A stretch of 64,000 nucleotides of DNA from Cirrosporium novae-zelandiae. Taxonomy: Eukaryota. Shown in pieces: positions 11,840-23,800 of the stretch. The notes under the pieces are model-generated. The model ran no database searches. It had not been told where the DNA came from and was given only the letters and a program-made list of their open reading frames with translations. The translations under genes were made by a program, and so were the position numbers. The number at the start of each line of letters is the position of its first letter. Positions within the stretch are counted from its first letter, which is position 1. The DNA is taken from positions 682,001 through 746,000 of the forward strand of contig JAPETS010000006.1 in NCBI GenBank assembly GCA_026023565.1. Direction: 5' to 3'.

Positions 11840-13414
11840 CTACCCAACAACAACAACCTCCTCCAAAACCCCCCTCACCCTCTCAAACTCCCTCTGCACA
11901 TCAACCCCCCAATTCCCAACCGCAATCCTAACCGCCCTCCTCCCAGCCCAAACCGTCCCCCCCACAAAAATCCTCCTAGTCTCATTAATCCTCCTCTCCA
12001 ACCCCTCATTAACCTTCGGATCCTTGGCCCGAAACAACACAATAATAAATGTGTTCTCCACAATTTCGGGGAGGGTGCGTCCTGGGGGGAGGAGTTCGTA
12101 GTGGGGGGAGGAGTGGAGGTAGGAGGCGAGGGTGCGGGCGAGGGTGGTGAGGTTTTTTAGGAGCGTGGTGTGCCCCGTGTGGCCGTAGGCGTGGAGGGTG
12201 CTGTAGACTGGGAGGGCGCGGAAGCGCCGGGAGTTTTCTAGGGTGGTGTTTAGGGGGGAGGGGATTTGGGGGTTGGAAGAGGTGGAGGGGTTTTGGTGGG
12301 AGGGGTCTGAGGAGGAGGAGGAGGTAAGGTAGGCTGCAGATGGGTTGGAGAATACCCGTGACGGGAGGTCCGCGTGTCGCGTGAAGAAGAATCCGGTGTC
12401 GTAGGGGACATTGAGGAGTTTATGTGCATCGCCGGCGATGGAATCTGCGATTTTCTCCAGCCCTACGCACCCAGCACGGATGGTCGTGTAGGCCTGGTCG
12501 TCGGCCGGCAGGGCCAGCGCGAAGAGGCCGAAGGCCCCGTCTACATGGATCCAGGCGTTGTGGGTCGTAGCCAGCGAGCGGACGGTTTGGAGATCCTGGG
12601 GTGTGGTTGCGTAGAACCCCGTATTGACCTCACCCGCGGAGATGGAGATTATATTTGCGGTTCCCGGCTGCGCGAGCAGGTAGGCCAGCTTTTGCAGATC
12701 AAAGCGCCATGGGTTTTCGGCTTGTGGGATCTCCTGCACGGAGAGGCGGCCTAGGCCGATTATGGAGGCGGCTTTTAGGAGCGAGGAGTGTGGGGAGGTG
12801 GTTAGGATTCGGATTGTGTTGATGCCGGCGGCTTGGCAGGCGGCGAGGAGACCCATTTCCCCCACGGAGATGGTTTGGGAGGAGTGGGGTTCCAGGCCTG
12901 TTTCTACGAGTAGGCGTTGCTCGCTGAGGCCTGCTTCGATGATGGCTTCGCGGCCGCAGGCGAGCCCGAGCACATTGCTGGCGGTGGCGCCTGTGGTGAA
13001 GGTTCGGCCTCTCCAGGCTTTCTTGTCCAGCCCCAGCAGGTCCTGCAGCATCTGCAGGGCGGCATTCTCCACGAACGTCGACACCGAGTGCGAGGGCAGA
13101 TGCACCTGGACGTTTTGGTCGAAGCGGGAGACGATTTCCTCGCCCAGGCGAGCCGCGGGCGTTATGCCCCCGTTTACGAAGCCGTAATAGTTGGGACTTA
13201 GGCTTGAGCCGTTGAGGCCGGGGACGATGTCCTGCAGGAGGTGGGTTTTGGTGGCTGAGAGGCCGTGTCCCGTTTCCGGGAGCGTGGTTGTGAGGCTGGT
13301 GATGGCTGAGGATATGGCTTCTGGGGAGGGGATGACGCCATCTTGGATTCGGTAAGCCGCGGCTTCGTCGACGGAAGCGTGGAAGTCTGAGTAGGAGATG
13401 CTGTTGTCTTCCAT
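11840..13414 (-). CDS. Group II PLP-dependent (aromatic amino acid/tyrosine-type) decarboxylase
   Basis: Intronless 524-aa ORF with YYGFVNGG, TTGATASNVLGLACGR, WIHVDGAFG and the PLP-lysine motif DAHKLLNVPYD. Confidence 0.9.
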   Translation of the reverse strand: MEDNSISYSDFHASVDEAAAYRIQDGVIPSPEAISSAITSLTTTLPETGHGLSATKTHLLQDIVPGLNGSSLSPNYYGFVNGGITPAARLGEEIVSRFDQNVQVHLPSHSVSTFVENAALQMLQDLLGLDKKAWRGRTFTTGATASNVLGLACGREAIIEAGLSEQRLLVETGLEPHSSQTISVGEMGLLAACQAAGINTIRILTTSPHSSLLKAASIIGLGRLSVQEIPQAENPWRFDLQKLAYLLAQPGTANIISISAGEVNTGFYATTPQDLQTVRSLATTHNAWIHVDGAFGLFALALPADDQAYTTIRAGCVGLEKIADSIAGDAHKLLNVPYDTGFFFTRHADLPSRVFSNPSAAYLTSSSSSDPSHQNPSTSSNPQIPSPLNTTLENSRRFRALPVYSTLHAYGHTGHTTLLKNLTTLARTLASYLHSSPHYELLPPGRTLPEIVENTFIIVLFRAKDPKVNEGLERRINETRRIFVGGTVWAGRRAVRIAVGNWGVDVQREFERVRGVLEEVVVVG

Positions 13415-14641
13415 TTTGAAATTAAGAGTGGTGAGTTTGTATTAGGTGAATTGACGATTACGTTGTGTGTTGCGTCTCTTTTTTCTTCGGTCTTTTTCTT
13501 CTTTTTTTCTCTCTAAACACCTTACCCTCGGTCTTGAGCAAAAATGAACTTATTTCCAAGTCAGCATATTTTCCCATGCTGCTTGAAGGCTTTCCAATAT
13601 GTCATGTCAAAGTCTGCCACTTACATTATTGTAGGATCAAAAATTACCTGCGCTTGCTGTAAATGCTGACCAGAACAGGATGACAGATATGACCTTGAGA
13701 GGCGTACGTATTATGCACTCCTTCAGTGTGTCTATAACAACCACAGACAGGACTTGTCGTCGAATAAGCTGGTGAGATGACGATGACAATAATGTATAAG
13801 ATCCCTGAACCAATATTATTTTGTTTTGGGATGAGATTTCTTTTTATTCAGGCCTTTTCCAATGACCAATTCCTTAAATGGGTAATTAGGCCCTCGTGAT
13901 AATTATCCACCTCACAGCACCAAGCCCTAGAAAAAGGTCAAGTACGCAAAAAAGACAAGAAAAATGGCTTGGGACCCGGGATGCTTATTTTTCTTTTATA
14001 ATCATTAGTAGCTCACAGCTAGTACTGTTTTTGGTTTCTTTCTACCACAATTGGAGTTTAGCAAGACGATGCATCCTTTTTAACGCCGTGGTAGCTGTTA
14101 GTTGAAACCATCTGCAAGTATCGGCAAGCTCAAGACTAGGAGTTGAGGCACTCCACATTTTTCCTTTCGTAGCTTGCAGATGATGATGATGGTTCAATAA
14201 ATTGGTCTCGAGCGTTTCCCTTGCTTTCTTTGGATGATCTTGCAGCCGAACGGGCCGGCGTCGAACAGGTATGCATTCGAACAAAGCTAAGAGAGGGGAG
14301 GGGGGCATTTCTCACATCAGATAGATCAACAACTCTCTGGAGGATAATAGTCTAATAATAATCGAATAATTACCTCCCAAAGAGGGAAAGGAAAAGAAAA
14401 AGGATGTAATTCTTCTTATCTCACCACAAGTTCATCTTGTGATTAATTAGTCCGAGAAGAAGTTGCGGTAAATTATCTAACTAAAAATTCCTTGAAATTC
14501 CCCGAGGATTTGTACCAAGGGTCTCTCTTCTTACTTGATACCTCACCGACGAATGACCCACTCCCCTCCGTTGGAAGTTTGTCAACGACAACAACTTGCA
14601 ACAACAGTAGCACAGTAACCCCCCGTGTCAACCTTCCCAAA

Positions 14642-16722
14642 ATGAGTCTCGCCAGACTTCTCGAGAAGAGAACCCATCTGATTCCAGGTATTTATACTTC
14701 TTAGTCCCAGCTATATCCATATCTTCAAATGACAAAAAAAGAAATGAAAAGAGAAAAAAAGTAAATAATCGTCGTCACTACAGGAAAACTAAAGGTCTCG
14801 GAGCTCTTTTTCGAAGTCCCCAAGGATTACTCCAAACCCAGCGATGGCAAATTACGAATCTTTGCCAGGAGCGCTGAAAAGGCCGAAAAGCCTGTAGATC
14901 CTCCCACCACCGATGACAAGAAGCAGCTGCCTTGGTTTGTTTATCTTCAAGGTGCTTCTACCAATTCTCTACTTCTTTTGACTTTGGCCACTAAAGTAGA
15001 CTTTGAATAGGTGGACCTGGGTTCGGTTGTGCACCACCTGGAAGCTATCCTGCCACTTCCTTTATCTTGGACAAAGGCTATCAGGTAGGTGCCATTGCCA
15101 TACCCCTGGGAAAAAAAGAGAAAAACCAACCGTCTTTACAGATGCTCTACATCGACCAGCGAGGTACAGGACTTAGCTCTCCAATCTCTGCCAGCACCCT
15201 TCCCCTGCAAGGATCTCCGGAAAACCAGGCCGAATACCTCAAGCTTTTCCGAGCAGATAGCATAGGTATGTCCACGTCGCCAGATATACTAGACAACCAG
15301 ATGGCTCATAGAATGCAATTCCAGTCAGAGACTGCGAGGAGATCCGCAAACTACTGACCAAAGATTACCCAGAGGAGAAACGTAAATGGAGTATCCTTGG
15401 TCAGAGCTTTGGCGGCTTTTGTGCCATAACCTATCTCTCCAAATTGTAAGTACATCTATCGTGCGGGGAATTTCTACTTGAGATTGCAATTGACTCCATT
15501 GGCAGCCCGCAAGGTCTACGAGAAGGTGAATGGACCCGTAAACCCGCAGAAGCCATCAGCATTGATAAATAATCTCTAGTATTCCTCTGTGGTGGCCTGG
15601 CTCCTATTGTCAATAACCCTGATATAGTGTATAGAAACACTTATCGTAAGAACCCCAAGTTTTCTGCTGATTAGCAGCGAGATATACTGACAGGGTGCAG
15701 GGAGAGTTGAGAAGAGAAACAAGGCCTTCTATGAAAAGTATCCTGAAGATATCGAGCGAGTGAAATCCATCGTGAACCATCTGGACCAAAAATCAATCGC
15801 TCTTCCATCGGGCGGGACCCTCTCACCCAGTCGGTTCCTGCAGATTGGCATCAATTTCGGGGGTCACGGTAGGTTGCCTCAGGTTAGTAACTATGCGTAG
15901 CAACATCATTGGCTGACAATCGAAGGCGGGTTGGATAGTGTCCATGGTAGATTTCTGGAATATTTTCGAGACAAGCAAATATTAATAATGATCTAGATGT
16001 AGTCTTGACTGCCTCTACAGACTTGAAAGACGTCGGATTCTTAACGAGACCAACCCTTGCTAGAATTGAAGGGAACCTGTCCTTCGATGATGCTGTCATA
16101 TATGCGATATTGCACGAATCCATCTATTGCCAAGGGTGATCATTGATGCCATGTCCTATAAGAAGCTTGCTGAAACGTAATATAGAGAACCTTCCACATG
16201 GTCTGCCGATCGTCTGCTTGCTGAATATCCCCAGTTCGACATTCAGAGCAGAGCTTCAACCCAGAACAATGATGAGCCAGTCTTGTTCCGTGGTGAGATG
16301 GTATGCTAGCCCTAATCTGATCGCTAAGTGAAAAGTAAGAATTAACACGGACCAGATATATCGGGAAATGTTTGAGTCTTTCTCCGAGCTCCGTAAGATC
16401 AGGGAAGCAGCAGAAATTGTTGCAAATATGACGGACTGGCCGACCTTATATGACGAGGAACAGCTTGCAAAGAACGAGGTTCCCGTATTTTCATCAACAT
16501 ACATGGAGGTTGGAATATTCCGATCTGCAAATAATTCTAGATATCATGGCTAATGTTGCATAGGATATGTATGTTGACTTTGACTTGGCCCAGCAAACCG
16601 CTTCCAAGATCAAAAATTGTCAACAATTCATTGCTAACAGAATGTACCACGATGCATTCAGAAGTAAATCAGACGAGGTAATGAGGCAGTTATTTGCGTT
16701 AAGAGATGATTCCATCGATTGA
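14642..16722 (+). CDS. Proline iminopeptidase (peptidase S33, alpha/beta hydrolase)
   Basis: 13 exons and 12 GT-AG introns spliced by hand into one frame. Motifs YLQGGPG, DQRGTGLS, FRADSIVRDCE, nucleophile GQSFGG, EDMYVD and MYHDA. The ORF track shows only fragments. Confidence 0.92.
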
Positions 16723-16760
16723 GCTTGTGATCAAGTAGATGAGGTACTATCCATAGTCAT

Positions 16761-17884
16761 TCACCCATCAATCTCCCTGGAGAAGTCAATGAGTCGGAGC
16801 TTCCTAGCGTCCTTTTGATGTAGATAGGCTACTTTTGACCTGACTAAGAATCGAGATGCTGCAGAATCTCTATCCAGGTTGATGTAAGAAGTCGTACCCG
16901 TACCCTCATGGGAAGCGTCAAGAAGTTTAAGCAGTAGAGACTTCATCTCAGTAGCGGCGGCTTCACGGGCGGTCCGTGTTTCATCCCGGTCTTCCCCTTG
17001 GCCTTCCGGGGCCCATATCTCATCGATCCGTTTTTGAGTCTTGTCCTGCTTGCTCTGCGACCCGCCCAACTGTCTTTTGGGCTTGCCTTGGTTAGTGAAA
17101 CCAGCTTTCAGGACCTCATCAGAGATATTGAGCATATTCCCTACGGTAGGGCCACCAAGCTCCTCAGCAGCTAACATTGCTGCGAGATGTTGATCAATAA
17201 ACTCGCCCAGAGAACTTGACAGTCTTTCTGTGTCTTGTAGAAATTTCTTTTTTTTCTTTTGCTGTTCACGTAGTAGCTCTTTCCCTAACTGGTTAGAGGA
17301 CTTTTGTGATTTGTTTTGGCGTGCAATCTGTAATCTCGCAATTCTAGCTTTTAAGGCTTCGTTAATTTGCCGGTTGTCGCGTAGATCCGCTTCTTCCTCG
17401 TTGAGCTGGTTACGAGTATGCTCCAAGTCTGGATGATCACATTTGATGGAGGCCGTACATTCAATGATATCATTGTAGGTCTGGCGCAGTTCTAGAAGCA
17501 CGGGAAGAGCTGAATCTGGATTAGGAAGATCCGTTTCTGTCGATAGCATAGAATCGTATGCTTCTTTGACAAGACGAACTTGGCGCAAGCGCATATTGGA
17601 ATCCGAAGATGGCTTGAAAGCTTCCAATCCAGTAGTTGATGAGCGAAGCTACAATTTCGTCAACATGAAGATGACAAATTCGATAATAAATCCTTCCTCA
17701 CCTTCTGTAGCGCATTCTCCTGCTCACTTACTTGATCCTGAAGCTGTCTCAGAGTTGTGTTAATCTGGGATTCATAATTGCTTCGAGCGGTCTCGGACAC
17801 GGTGCCTCCAATACCAGCATCCGAAGTCGATGAACGGGAATCTGAAGCATAGCTGCGTAATCTCTCAAGAATTTCTTGATCCAT
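16761..17884 (-). CDS. CENPK: Inner kinetochore protein CENP-K (Sim4/Mcm22-like)
   Basis: 2 exons (17884-17702, 17648-16761). Coiled-coil body, HLAAMLAAEELGGP, and C-terminal SAASRFLVRSKVA...DARKLRLIDF typical of the CENP-K family. Confidence 0.75.
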
Positions 17885-18950
17885 ATTACGGTTGATTTCA
17901 GAGATGATTATGAGTGGGAAACGGATTGTTCCTGGGTTTCTAAATGTGATTAGGTCTAGGCATGCACAATATATATATGGGACTCGGGCTTCTTTAAACT
18001 TGCACTTCAACTTCCACCTCTCTTAAGGTTTAGTAAATACTTTGACCTTAGACTTAGGGAATTGTGCAGTGTTTTTGATGGTACGGACTAAAAAGTTCAT
18101 TAGATCGACTGAGACTAAGAAAGAGCTTGGGGTTGATGATCGTTTGCCATCCTTGTTTTCACGTGATTGTCTAATACAAATCCCGTTAGACTAAATGCAG
18201 CTGAAAGTTTGCTTTCCGTCCTCTGCACCTTCTACTCACTTGCTCTTCTACCAACAACCACCATCCTCCTTTCCCTTAAGCTGTCTCTTGTCCTCTTTCC
18301 TCCTTCCTCTCCATCCGAATATTTACGAGACGCGACATTCTAAACGGTTTTTTTGCCATCTGTTGTCTCGCTAACCTCGCCTCGAGAACGTGTCACTATC
18401 GTCGCCCTTCCATCCCACTGAATTACTTGAACTCATACCCACGGTCAAGGTTTGATAGCATAGTTTCAAAAGGTCTTCTATTTGGGTGGTCCTACTCCTC
18501 CAACCATCTCCAACCATCGTCTCCATCACCTGCATCTGCACCGACAAGACCCTCCTCCTCAACATCCTTCCAAGACTACACACGCATTCTATATTCGAGC
18601 CTCGCTTTTCACTTGCTCCCAACTCAAAAGCTCTTCAAATCAGCACTGAGGCGCGCTGCTCATTGTTGTCGCTTGCTTTCCCTGGTGCAATCTATCGCAA
18701 CCTTGCCTATACCCGAATTCACTGTCACCATTTCTACTCCTGAAAACCCTTTCTCCACGAATATCTCAACACCTCGATTCCCCAGCACCCCGAGATCGCT
18801 TGCACCAGCACGTTTTCCTTCGAAACATCCTGGTGTATATAGTCGATCAATAAAAGAACGTTTAGCTTTACAAGCTTTTCTATAGCAACCAATTCTTCTT
18901 AGAGGAATATTGCTACTCCTATCTGGTTCTCCTGTTGATATTTAGGCACA

Positions 18951-20522
18951 ATGTCTGCATCTCCCCAGACCGCGATGGCCGCTTCGACCAAACGGCCGCT
19001 TGAGGATTCTTCCCCTTCCGGCCCTACTGACCAACCTGACGCCAAACGCCCCGCCCTCGATAAAGCAAAAACCGACGCAAACGAAGAACATAAAGCTGAA
19101 GAAGTAGAGCCGACTGAGACGGCAAAGGTAGCGTCATCAGAACCAAAGTCCAATGGTACTAGTGATCATCAGGATATTCCTGTTCCAGATGCTCCAAATG
19201 GTACAACTACCGCTGCTGGAGCTGCTATCCTTGAGACCCAACCCATTCAATCTACTGTTTCTCAGAGTGACAGGGCAACATCCCAACCCCCCACCCAACA
19301 CCCCCACCAGGATGAGACTGGTTGGATCCATATCCGTGCAGTAATTTCAAGCGCGGAGGCTGCAACAGTCATTGGAAAAGGAGGCGAGAACGTATCACAA
19401 ATTAGGAGGCTTTCTGGTGCAAAATGTACTGTAAGCGATTATGCTCGTGGGGCTGTCGAGAGAATTTTGACAGTCAGTGGAATGCAAGATGCGGTTGCCA
19501 AGGTATGTTAAAATGATGTATTGTGATGGTAGTCTTGCTAAATTTTCCTTGTAGGCATTTGGTCTCATCATCCGTACTTTGAATAATGAGCCTCTTGAGG
19601 CGCCATCTACTCCCCAGTCTAAAACATATCCCTTACGTTTGTTGATCCCTCATATACTGATTGGTTCTATCATTGGTAAATCCGGTGTTCGTATTCGAGA
19701 GATTCAGGAGGCCTCAGGTGCTCGACTTAATGCCTCTGATTCTTGCCTACCTTTATCTACAGAACGATCCCTGGTGGTCCTAGGTGTTGCAGATGCCGTC
19801 CATATTGCAACTTATTATGTTGCCAGCACGCTTGTAGAGCAGCTTACTGAACGTTTTGGTGGTCCAGCAGCTTCGGCGTACGCTACCCGCAGCGGTGGCC
19901 CAGCTGGCGTTGTTCCTGGTGGGATGCAGGTTGTCCCATATGTCCCGCAGCCCGCTGGTGGCCAGTATGGGCATCCAAATAACTACAGGCGCCATAATGA
20001 CCATCCCCAACGTACCCCCGCAAATCCTTACGGAGTTCCTTATATGCATGGCCAACCTCCTCAACAAGCTGGGCAAGCTCCTCTACATTATGGTGGTTCT
20101 CCCCGCCCAGGATATGCAGGAGCTGGTCCACATCAACCCGTACAACAGTATGGAAACCACGCACCCCAACAAGGTAGCCATCCTCAACAGCCTGCCCAAC
20201 CCATGCAGGGTATGGTTCCAGGCCAACCTTTGACACAACAGATCTTCATTCCCAATGATATGGTTGGTGCAATAATCGGCAAGGGAGGTGCTAAGATTAA
20301 TGAGATTCGGCAATTGAGCGGAAGCGTCATTAAGATTAATGAACCTCAGGATAACAGCAACGAGCGCCTGGTGACGATTACCGGAACGCAAGAGTGCAAC
20401 CAGATGGCGCTGTACATGCTCTACTCCAGACTTGGTAAGATTTATTTTTGCTGTTCATTTATTGGTTGAAATTGCCGAGGCTAACGTTTATACGTATAGA
20501 GAGTGAAAAACATCGTATTTAA
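18951..20522 (+). CDS. Triple KH-domain RNA-binding protein (Rnc1/Hek2/Pbp2, hnRNP K-like)
   Basis: 3 exons (18951-19503, 19555-20434, 20500-20522). Three GxxG loops: VIGKGGENV, IIGKSGVRI and IIGKGGAKI. Confidence 0.93.
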
Positions 20523-21238
20523 GCTGCTTTTTATTATTGTCAGGTAAGGAAACGGAGGATGGAAAATGGGCAAAAAATCTTAAATTACAAGGTCGTTATT
20601 TCCGATCATTCACTTCCATTAAGCGGTTAGGCTTTTGTGTATTTCTATTTATCAACACAGTCTCCTAATTCAAAAATGTCAAATCTACAATATTCACCGT
20701 GTGGCTTCCCCGCCCGTTGTTTGCTCGAGTGTTTGTTGATCTTGATGTGGCGATCTTCAGGATTTCTTGGCATGCCAGCTCAGAACTTATAATCCCAGCT
20801 GACATGTACCAGCAACTGACACGTGTAGCTCTGGTAAATGTTTTAGATGACTGTGCAACATGCATAATCTTGGCCTGGATCAATTCCCCATCGCCGCAAA
20901 GGATGCGGGGCACTGGATAAAAACCTATAGACTGTAAGTAACCGAAAATGACTATATACCTAGGTATGTGAATATGAATGCGAAATTACAATATGAAGTC
21001 TTGAATCTGAAAGCCAGCATATTCTATACTTTAACTATGAAACATTTGTGGGAGATGAACTCTCAGTAGTCACTCAGTCATATTTATGGACAGCTGCAAA
21101 CGCGCTATCTACAGATTGCCAACGCATCTTCCCACGAACCTAACCTTCATAATCTACTCCTAAAACTTTTCTAATCTCTGACTATGCAGTTTTCTTAATA
21201 ATATTATACAATTGTCGTCACACTCCTGAGCTCTCCCA

Positions 21239-21999
21239 ATGCCTTCTTTTGACTCTCAAACTACGGAGGTACGAATGCCGTTAAGGTAATAAATCCATAT
21301 CAGACCCCCTAAAATTGACTAAATAAATCCAGGTTCATGTTCAAGACCATTGTGAAGGTCGAAATTGGTCCAGAGAGCATCCCATTCTGGGTTCACAAGG
21401 AGATTATCTGTTCACAATCACCTTTTTTTCATGTCGCATTCAACGGTAGCTTCAAAGAGGCTATAGATCAAGCCATAAAACTTCCTGAGGATTCCCCAGA
21501 AGTTTTTGAATACTTCATGCAATGGCTGTACACCGGAAGTCTAGCCCATGAAGCTGTCGATTCAGACAAACCTGCCTTTCATATCTTGATCCGCCTCTAC
21601 ATTCTTGCCGATAAACTGTCTATCCCACAATTGAAAATCGACCTCGTCAGCAAATTTATTGACACCGCAGAACAAAAAAATTGTGTGCCAAACGCCGACG
21701 ATACCCACATTGTTTATGAAGAACTCCGTGAATCTTCACCTATGCGCTTACTAGTTCTCGATCTTTTCATGTACAAGAAGACGGAAAAGCTTATTGAAAC
21801 CGACGAGGACTCATGGCACGAGCGGTTTCTGAGAGACCTTATCGTAAAGCTGAAGAAGGAGAAAACCAAGGACCAGGACACAGACAAAGTGAAGGTGCTG
21901 CCGCCTTGGAAACTTGATCGCTGCAGATACCATGAGCATTACGATGGTCAAACATGCAAGCAAGAAGTCAATACGGAAAATGATAGGTCAGTTGCTTAA
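21239..21999 (+). CDS. BTB/POZ-domain protein
   Basis: Probable short exon 21239-21285 spliced to 21333-21999. Motifs FWVHKEIICSQSPFF, F.GSFKEA, LPEDSPEVFEYFMQWLY and LYILADKL. Confidence 0.88.
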
Positions 22000-22555
22000 G
22001 CTTGTTTCGCATGCTTTGGGCCAGCCACGGAATCAACACGAGCATCAGGAAGCCGTTTTGGCTTCTGTGTTTTTTGTAGTACTCCACATTATATCTTCCA
22101 AGGTTCCTGGAGAGGCCTAGCACATTTCTTTTCATCCAGCATCTTCTAATATTTTTACAGTATGAGTATTACTTCGTCTCCTTTAGATCCAATTCCGGAC
22201 CGCATCCCGCCCTCTGATATGCCGGGAATGAAGACGAAAGCTCACAAAGTTCTTGGAATCTGAATATCGTGACAGTTAAAGACAGAAATGGTTAGCTTTT
22301 GCATGGATATCGGCATGTTGTGTGCATGAGGGCTCCGATGGTTTTTGGTGGAGCCAGCTAGTACTAAAGGCGTACACTGGACTTTTCGTAGGTGTTTCTA
22401 GCATATGGCGGAGTTTGACGTGGCAAGGCGGATACTAGGCCACCATCAATGCTTTATTACTGTGGGTGAGCTTGAGATACTTTATACCGGAGCTCAAATT
22501 TCTATAAAATCACCTCGTTCCAACTGAGACTTCTATCACGGCCGGCCGCTAACAT

Positions 22556-23266
22556 CTAAAAAGACTGCAGCTTCACATGATGAACTTCAGCTCCTTTGAC
22601 GAGCTCTCTAACTGGCTTAATCGAATCCTGGAACTCCTTGGTTTCCCTATATGCCATATGTGCCTCCACACTCTCCCAACCCACAGCCAATGTATGTGCT
22701 TTCGTTTTGCCTAGATTGCCGTGGGACATTTGCTCCATCACCCAACCCATGGATGTGCCCTTGCACCCCTTTGCATGCTTCTCAATGACTTCCGCAAACG
22801 ACTTCATCTCAGCTTCATACTTTTTCTGGGCTTCAGGCGAGATGTCTGGCGCAAGGAAGAAAGTACAAAGTTCGGTAACGGGTGCAGAGAACGGGGCGAT
22901 AGGAGGATGGGGTTGCATGTTCCGATGATGTACGTGAACCGGTCCTCCCATGATGGAACCAAATTCGCCTCCAAATGGACCGTATTCAGGAGAAGCCATG
23001 AACCGCTTATGCGCATCGACGGAATCCCAATCTACCATTGCTTGTGAGCTTTGGTTATCCGATAAGAAGCTTAGTTGAAGCTACTAACCAACTAGAAGAT
23101 CCACATTATTTTCATGCTCAACTTCATAGCCCCAGTAAATTCGCTGATAACCGGGTTGTTTGGCGATACATTCAAGAATAGAAGCCCATGTTTTTCCAGC
23201 GCGTGTAGTCTTGTCACCAAGCTTCGCGCCAGGCGTAATAGCTGTAATGCAGAATTCTGTAGCCAT
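22556..23266 (-). CDS. Tandem dimeric alpha/beta-barrel (ABM/EthD-like) protein
   Basis: 2 exons separated by one GTTAGT...TAG intron near 23030-23090. Two repeats of the ABM-like pattern (QPGYQRIYWG...DWDSVDAHKRF and GWESVEAHMAY). Confidence 0.8.
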
Positions 23267-23800
23267 GTTTGATATATTGGAAGGTTCTGCCCGAATTATA
23301 ATGAAATGCCTGGGTATTAGAAATATGAACAGGGGATTGAAGGAGAAAACTAGGGGTACCCCTCAATTTTTATACAATGATGGCGATCTGATGATACTAT
23401 GTCATCCAACACGTGAAGGGTGGGTTGGCCCAAGAGTCCGGTGGGGTTCAAGGCCGACATTGTTGCATTCTCTACTTAGTAAAGATGAAAATAAGTATCG
23501 AAACACCACAATGACCCAATATTTTGAAATGTTCGATGTTCGTTTTGGATTTTTTGCTAATAGATATGGTAAGGTTTAGTGTCAGAATATATCTTATATT
23601 GAGATTTTTTGATACTAAATAAGATCTTTGAGAGTTGAAATAGATCCTTCTTTGACAGGGTGGTGTCTGTGTTATCAGTAATATTCTCCGGGGATGGCCA
23701 GTCTATGATTCGTCGATGTTTTCACGGTGTTTTCTGCGACCTAACCCCAACGTCCGTAAGAGAGGATACCGTGCCATATTTAATTACTTGACATTGCAGC

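Noticed and set aside
12374..13201. Long antisense ORFs over the decarboxylase (and similar ones over SDR, MDR, JHD1, GDH2)
   Set aside because: Shadow ORFs caused by codon bias and G/C skew; no domain features.
18427..18885. 152-aa ORF upstream of the KH gene
   Set aside because: TTG start, S/P-rich and featureless; more likely a C/T-rich 5' UTR or UTR intron.
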